A stretch of DNA of 64,000 bases, from the NCBI GenBank assembly GCA_001780955.1, contig MFJR01000007.1, positions 75,053 to 139,052 of the forward strand, read 5' to 3'. Under the pieces are notes generated by a model. It was not told the DNA's origin, did not search any database, and saw only the letters and a list, made by a program, of their open reading frames with translations. The position numbers and the translations under genes were made by a program. Positions 58,554-64,000 of the stretch are shown here, in pieces. The stretch is from Candidatus Gottesmanbacteria bacterium RIFCSPLOWO2_01_FULL_39_12b. GTDB taxonomy: Bacteria; Patescibacteriota; Microgenomatia; 2-02-FULL-39-11. Each line of letters starts with the position of its first letter. The first letter of the stretch is position 1.

Positions 58554-60116
58554 TCAGTTCTCCAAAATCCTTCTTTTTTCTATGTATATATCCGCGTTAA
58601 ACTTTATTGCATTCATTACAGAAGTATTAGAAAAAGGCGCCAGAAATTCCTCTAACTTCCAGTATTTTATGTCTTTTATGTCTTTCGACTGGATAATGAG
58701 ATAAATGAAATCCTGGTTTCCGGTTTTTTGAAGAGGGGTAAAGGACAACTTATTAGGTACATAGTCATATGTTTGAGGCCGGTAACTGAAATCTTTAGGG
58801 AGTGGCAAATTATTTTTTTGGGCATACCACCAAAACAAGTACTGATAAGGATAGTCATAGACAGAAGGTGAATAGTTATAAACTCTAAATGGGACACCTT
58901 TTGAATCCGAGTAGATCCAGGAGATCGCTTCCAGCTCATTTATTAGACTGCTTGGATCCTGACTGGATAATTTCTGATTGATATTCTGAAGATAATCTGA
59001 GGGTTGACTGTAAACAATAATTAAGAAAATGATTGTAACGAAAGATACAAACCGAATAATTTTAACCCGAAAAGAGAAAAATAGGCCAAGGCAGATTAAT
59101 AAAACATAGAATGATGGAAAACTGGCAAAGTACCATGATTTGATCCCTGGGGGGAAAAGGAAAGTATAATATAAAAACGGTATTAACCATAACAAAAAAC
59201 TATAGTAGCATATCAAACTGACCGTTTTATTTTTGACGTGTTTTATTTGCAAGAGGCCTCTTGTCAGATAAAAAAATAGAGTTAAAGTTAAAATCAAGTT
59301 ATTTTTACCCATCGTTTGGTAAAATTGCTTTATAAGAAGGAAGAGACGGTCTGGTATTCTAGACCAGAGTGGTAAACTGCCGCCTAAATCTGCGCCCTGT
59401 TTCCCTAATGCCTTCAATATAGAATGAATTTGTAGGAATTCGTGGCGGATATCAAAAATTACTTGAGGTAAAAATGGAATTAACCAAACTATTATCAAAA
59501 GCATTTTATATCTAATATTCAAATTTCTAATCTGTCTGAAAAGAATTATAAATAATGCGAGATTAAAACCTATAGCCACGACCGGTTCAAAGTGAAACGA
59601 CAAACTGGCAACAAGTCCTAGGGCTAATAAAGTTTTTTTATTTTGCGCTGACAAAAGAAGCCATATAGCTATAAGATTAATTAATAGAAAAACGTCCACC
59701 ACAAACCCGTTAGCTGAGATTGAAATCAGGTATGATGAAAATGCGAAAAAGGAAGCTAACAATATTCCGAATATTTTACTTATCCTTTTTCCGAGCATAA
59801 GAGCTAAGATCACACAAAGTGTATTCATGATCGTCGATAAAATTGCCGGACTTCTGGGGTCTCCGTGAAAAACGAAATAGATAAAAGCGATTAAATAATA
59901 CCAAGTAGGCCCAAAAAAAATACCTTTGATGCCCCCTTCGGGTCCAACAAGTCTGAATTTTTTTAACTCAACTATTTCTCTTACTTCCAACATAGTCAGT
60001 CCATGGTCGAAATTAAATGGCACATCGTAACTCAAGATTCTTTGAATCCGGAAGAAAAGGGCGGTTGAAATTATAAATATAGATATCAGGATAAAGATAA
60101 TGCTTGATTTGCTCAT
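58554..60116 (-). CDS. GT-C (ArnT/PMT-like) membrane glycosyltransferase
   Basis: FNFDHG, LVGP..GIFFGPTWYYL in the first loop, about 11 TMs, PQVIFDIRH, soluble C-terminus. Confidence 0.65.
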   Translation of the reverse strand: MSKSSIIFILISIFIISTALFFRIQRILSYDVPFNFDHGLTMLEVREIVELKKFRLVGPEGGIKGIFFGPTWYYLIAFIYFVFHGDPRSPAILSTIMNTLCVILALMLGKRISKIFGILLASFFAFSSYLISISANGFVVDVFLLINLIAIWLLLSAQNKKTLLALGLVASLSFHFEPVVAIGFNLALFIILFRQIRNLNIRYKMLLIIVWLIPFLPQVIFDIRHEFLQIHSILKALGKQGADLGGSLPLWSRIPDRLFLLIKQFYQTMGKNNLILTLTLFFYLTRGLLQIKHVKNKTVSLICYYSFLLWLIPFLYYTFLFPPGIKSWYFASFPSFYVLLICLGLFFSFRVKIIRFVSFVTIIFLIIVYSQPSDYLQNINQKLSSQDPSSLINELEAISWIYSDSKGVPFRVYNYSPSVYDYPYQYLFWWYAQKNNLPLPKDFSYRPQTYDYVPNKLSFTPLQKTGNQDFIYLIIQSKDIKDIKYWKLEEFLAPFSNTSVMNAIKFNADIYIEKRRILEN

Positions 60117-60193
60117 ATACTATGATTATAAGGTTCTACCCCAAGTTTACCAGATTATTGCCCTCTTGATTGGGAGAGGTTAAAATAAAACGT

Positions 60194-61102
60194 ATGGGAA
60201 ATCTAAGCGTGGATTTTATTGTTCCAACATTAAATATAAATCCTGAAAGGATAGTCGAGTGTAAAAATTCTATTCTCACTCAAAAAGAAAAATTTAAAAT
60301 AAATATTTTCATAGAGAAAGGTTCTAGCTTTACGAAATCCGTAAACAGGGGTATCAGAAAAGGAAAAGGTCAATACGTTGCCCTTATTAACGATGATGTA
60401 ATATTGACCCCGACTTGGCTGGATGAGGCTATAAAGATTTTAGAGATGAATAAAAGATGCGCGGCAGTTGCAACAAGAGTGCTAAGTTTCGATGGAGTCT
60501 ATATAGACAGTTGCGGTATGGATTATAAGATTATAGGTCGAGCGATTAAACGTGGAAACGGGTTAATAGAAAGTAAACTACTTTTTAGCAAAGTTGAAGA
60601 AGTGTTTGGAGTTCCTTGTTCGGCAGCTTTATTTAAAAGAGAACCTTTAATAAAAGCCGGGTTATTTGATGAGAAATTTTACGCATATTTAGAAGATGTG
60701 GATCTCTCATTCAGGCTTAGACTGATGGGTTACACTCTTTTTTTTGCTCCCAAATCAATAGCCTTCCATTTAGGAGAGGCGACCAGTTCTCTCTTTGGTA
60801 ATTTAAAGTCTATGATGGATGCGAGAAACTGGTTTTATATCATTGTCAAAAACTATCCTCTAAATATTATTAAAAGTAATTTTGACGAAATTTTTCTTGA
60901 GCGACTGAAGAATTTAAGCGGATTGATAAAAGACACGATCCAAAAATACGGTTGGAGATCTGTTTGGGTTTTACCGGTTTCTGTAGCTTTTGTATTTGGT
61001 GCAATTTTGAGAAGATTTCCTAAATTAATAAGCGATAGGAAGAAAATTCAGAATACGAGAAAAATTAGAGATGATGAAATTGAAACTTGGATGAAAGATT
61101 GA
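60194..61102 (+). CDS. GT2 glycosyltransferase (rhamnosyltransferase/WbbL-like)
   Basis: VNRGI, LINDD, GLFDEKFYAYLEDVDLSFR, HLGEATS; start taken at ATG 60194. Confidence 0.82.
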   Translation: MGNLSVDFIVPTLNINPERIVECKNSILTQKEKFKINIFIEKGSSFTKSVNRGIRKGKGQYVALINDDVILTPTWLDEAIKILEMNKRCAAVATRVLSFDGVYIDSCGMDYKIIGRAIKRGNGLIESKLLFSKVEEVFGVPCSAALFKREPLIKAGLFDEKFYAYLEDVDLSFRLRLMGYTLFFAPKSIAFHLGEATSSLFGNLKSMMDARNWFYIIVKNYPLNIIKSNFDEIFLERLKNLSGLIKDTIQKYGWRSVWVLPVSVAFVFGAILRRFPKLISDRKKIQNTRKIRDDEIETWMKD

Positions 61103-61111
61103 AATTTAAAT

Positions 61112-62419
61112 ATGACTCCCAAGAAAGCCCAAATTAGTTTACTTCTAAGATTTATTTATACCCACCTGTTTTTTTCCAAAACTGTCAGGAATACTTACTT
61201 TGTTTTTTTGGGAAATTCAATCGCCATAATATTTGCGTTTGTTTATTCGGTCACTGCCTGGAGACTTCTTAGCGAAGCTGACTTTGGTTATTTATCTGCT
61301 CTTCTTGCCTTTTTACTCCTCATATCTGATGTTGTTGACATAGGGATCGGTAGTTCGCTCTCACATTTTTTACCCCCCCTGGAAGGAAAAATATCAAAGC
61401 TCTTCGGTTTTCTCAAGACCGCATTTCTATATCAATTCATAATAGGTCTTTTAGTTGTATTCATAATTTTTAATTTCTCTTTTTTACTTTCAGATGTAAT
61501 TTTTCATAAAAATGAGTTGGAAATATTATTGAAGATTAATTCAATCGGAGTTTTAGGAAATATTATTTTCAATTTCTTTATCTATGCGCTTTCGGCTCGA
61601 CAAAAATTTGTAAGGGTGTCGATTCTCACCGCTTTAAGCGGATTTATGAGATTATTTTCGCTTGCCTTGTTGATGTTAATCTCTGGAGTAATCTTAATAA
61701 ACGTAGTTCTTATACAAACGGTAAGTTTTATTCTTTTGGCGGTAATTGCTTTATGCTTGGCAGATTTTAAATTTTTAGAGGCTTCAGTCAGAATAGTCGA
61801 TCTTAAGAAACTATTTTCATTTTCGAAATATATTGGAATTGCCAGAGGATTTACGGCTATAGCAAACAGGCTTGATGTTTTGATGCTGGTAGCCTTAAAA
61901 AGTCCAGAGGAGGCCGGAATCTACGCCATTGCCTCAAGAGTGATATCCGTATACCCTCTGTTTTCAGGAAGTGTTACAACGGTTATTGCACCTAGGATTA
62001 CGGCTATCAAAAACGCTATGGAACTGAAACGATACATCAATAAAGTAATTTTGCTTACCCTGGGTTTGATTTCGTCAATCATTGTTTTGATCATCATAGC
62101 TTTCCCTTTTATGACTATTTTGTTTGGACAAAAATCTATTCCAGCCGTAGTCGTTTTGCAGCTTCTACTGGTAAGTATGATCTTTTTTGTCGGTTCCATT
62201 CCTTCGGTGGCCGTTTCTATTTACTACCTGAAAAAACCCGGTATTCTAACTTTAAATAGCGTAATACAGTTACTTATAGTAATATTTTGCAATCTATACT
62301 TTATTCCCAAGTACGGAAGATTCGGAGCCGCTTATTCACTGATTATTGCCTTTGGAGCTACTTTCTTTTTGACATCATTTCTCAGTTTGTATTATTTTCG
62401 AAAAACCCTTTCCAAATGA
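61112..62419 (+). CDS. Oligosaccharide flippase (Wzx/MOP superfamily)
   Basis: About 12 TMs, RLLSEADFG, DIGI, RLDVLML, AGIYAIA, IPKYGRFGAA. Confidence 0.82.
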   Translation: MTPKKAQISLLLRFIYTHLFFSKTVRNTYFVFLGNSIAIIFAFVYSVTAWRLLSEADFGYLSALLAFLLLISDVVDIGIGSSLSHFLPPLEGKISKLFGFLKTAFLYQFIIGLLVVFIIFNFSFLLSDVIFHKNELEILLKINSIGVLGNIIFNFFIYALSARQKFVRVSILTALSGFMRLFSLALLMLISGVILINVVLIQTVSFILLAVIALCLADFKFLEASVRIVDLKKLFSFSKYIGIARGFTAIANRLDVLMLVALKSPEEAGIYAIASRVISVYPLFSGSVTTVIAPRITAIKNAMELKRYINKVILLTLGLISSIIVLIIIAFPFMTILFGQKSIPAVVVLQLLLVSMIFFVGSIPSVAVSIYYLKKPGILTLNSVIQLLIVIFCNLYFIPKYGRFGAAYSLIIAFGATFFLTSFLSLYYFRKTLSK

Positions 62420-63132
62420 AACTTTCAATTATAGTTCCGGTTTATAATGAAGAAAAAACTATTAGTTCAGTCCTGGAAAAATTATTTAAGGTAGAATTAT
62501 CCTGTAAAAAAGAAATTGTTGTTGTCAATGATGGTTCAACAGATTCAACCTATAAAAAAATATTGAATTTTGAAAAGCGAAATAAAATAAATGTTATTAA
62601 CCATTCTAAAAACCTTGGTAAGGGTTCTGCCATAAATTCTGGTCTCAAGCAAGCTACTGGTAATTATGTCTTAATTCAGGATGCGGATTTAGAATATGAT
62701 CCTTCCGAAATATCAAAATTGTTAAATCCAATCTTGAAGGAACAGGGAACTAATAAAAAAATAGCCGTCTATGGATCCCGTTTCCTCAATAATAAAATCG
62801 TGATGCCATTTCTATATTATTTAGGTAATAAGTTGCTGACCTTCCTGACAAATATTATCTGTAGTACTAATCTTTCTGATATGGAAACAGGATATAAACT
62901 GATCCCTTTGGATTTTTTTAAAAAAATGAATTTAAGATCATCAAGATTTGATATTGAGCCGGAAATAACTATTAAACTTATTAATCATAAAATACCGATA
63001 ATTGAAATTCCTATTAACTATAAGGGGAGATCACGCCTATCGGGTAAGAAGTTATCAATGCTTGATGCCTATGGAGCTCTTAAAGCTCTTTTTAGATACC
63101 GCTTTTTAGATAGAAATCCATGGTCTATTTAA
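62416..63132 (+). CDS. DPM1-like GT2 glycosyltransferase
   Basis: IVPVYNEEKT, VNDGSTD, NLGKGSA, QDADLEYDP, YGSRF, DMETGYK, FDIEPEIT; ATG 62416 overlaps the flippase TGA. Confidence 0.88.
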   Translation: MKLSIIVPVYNEEKTISSVLEKLFKVELSCKKEIVVVNDGSTDSTYKKILNFEKRNKINVINHSKNLGKGSAINSGLKQATGNYVLIQDADLEYDPSEISKLLNPILKEQGTNKKIAVYGSRFLNNKIVMPFLYYLGNKLLTFLTNIICSTNLSDMETGYKLIPLDFFKKMNLRSSRFDIEPEITIKLINHKIPIIEIPINYKGRSRLSGKKLSMLDAYGALKALFRYRFLDRNPWSI

Positions 63133-64000
63133 TTTTACTATTGGGTCTTATTGTAAGACTGATCAATATCAATCAGTCACTTTGGTTAGATGAGGCTATA
63201 AATGTTTTAGCTGTAAGGGATTTTAAACTTTTTGATCTAATTACTATCTATTCGCCTGGTGATTTTCACCCACCGCTTTACCACGTTATTTTATGGTTTT
63301 GGATAAGACTATTTGGAACCAACGAAATATCCGTAAGATTATTATCTGTTGTTTTTGGACTGGGAACTTTATGGGTTTGTTATCTATTGATAAAAAAATT
63401 CTTTAGCGAAAAACAGGCTATCCTCTCAACAATTCTTCTTGCTACCTCACCACTCCACATCTATTATTCACAGGAGGCAAGAATGTATATGGAAACGGCA
63501 TTTTTTGCGATAGTTTCCGTCTATTTTTTTCTAAACGTGATATCTGAGGGTAAAAAATGTAATTTGGGATCTTATATCGGATTTATTATTTCCACCACGC
63601 TACTTCTCTACAGCGAATATGTTCCTTATTTCTTGGTCTTATCGCAAAACTTAATATACTTACCATTAATTTATACTCATAAACGATTGATGAGAAAGTG
63701 GTTACTTTCCCTCTCTTTTATTCTCCTGATGTTGATACCATGGTTGCCATATTTATGGTTGCAGCTCAACATAGCTATTGGAGTCGCAAGATCCTATCCT
63801 CTATGGAATAGTGTCGTTGGTCAGGCCAGTTGGAAAACAGTTCCCCTTTTGATAACAAAATTTTTGATCGGGCATATCACTATTCAAGATAAATTAATTT
63901 ACGGAATTACGACAATCCCCCTAATTTTATTGGTGGGTATACTTTCATTGAACTATTGGAAGGCGGGAAAAGATAACTGGATAAATAAAGTCGTCATAAA
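63120..64000 (+). CDS. GT-C (PMT/ArnT-like) glycosyltransferase, truncated by window end
   Basis: MVYLILLLGLIVRLININQSLWLDEA...DFHPPLYH...RLLSV...YYSQEARMY; not in the ORF track. Confidence 0.82.
   Translation, partial: MVYLILLLGLIVRLININQSLWLDEAINVLAVRDFKLFDLITIYSPGDFHPPLYHVILWFWIRLFGTNEISVRLLSVVFGLGTLWVCYLLIKKFFSEKQAILSTILLATSPLHIYYSQEARMYMETAFFAIVSVYFFLNVISEGKKCNLGSYIGFIISTTLLLYSEYVPYFLVLSQNLIYLPLIYTHKRLMRKWLLSLSFILLMLIPWLPYLWLQLNIAIGVARSYPLWNSVVGQASWKTVPLLITKFLIGHITIQDKLIYGITTIPLILLVGILSLNYWKAGKDNWINKVVI

Noticed and set aside
61373-61379. C7 tract in the flippase and several A/T 8-9 runs as phase-variation switches
   Set aside because: The tracts are short, the genes are in frame, and A/T runs are expected at this base composition
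1825-62199. The many short (60-190 aa) ORFs nested in or antisense to long genes, e.g. 27708-28280 and 17797-18201
   Set aside because: They are shadows of well-supported CDSs, with no recognisable motifs
1-64000. tRNA, rRNA, CRISPR array, IS/transposase, prophage
   Set aside because: Intergenic gaps are almost all under 150 nt, and no such motifs, repeat-spacer pattern or protein families were recognised

Overview
AT-rich, gene-dense 64 kb window that is one continuous cell-surface glycosylation super-locus of about 55 CDS. No rRNA, tRNA, CRISPR or mobile element was seen. The gene families, compact spacing and scarce Shine-Dalgarno sites suggest a Patescibacteria/CPR (Microgenomates-like) genome, which is an inference. 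The locus has three parts. (i) A Wzm/Wzt ABC exporter with GT4 transferases, a WbdD-like methyltransferase/coiled-coil protein and a Wzx-type flippase. (ii) About 12 polytopic GT-C-type membrane proteins, seven of them in a tandem minus-strand array (9.7-24.6 kb) of two paralog families that share an optional C-terminal beta-rich module. (iii) Several rare-sugar cassettes that each contain a polyprenyl-phosphate-type GT2, usually as the last gene: VioA/WbqC/GNAT plus thiolase and 3-hydroxyacyl-CoA dehydrogenase; a YerE-like ThDP enzyme plus reductase; dehydratase/SDR/dehydroquinate-synthase-like cyclase/aldolase; and a split transketolase plus reductase. RfbF/RfbG/RfbH CDP-dideoxysugar genes could feed these cassettes. 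The best candidate for an undescribed system is this modular 'one rare sugar, one lipid loader, one GT-C writer' glycan-decoration assembly line. All functional calls come from motifs read by eye; no database searches were run.
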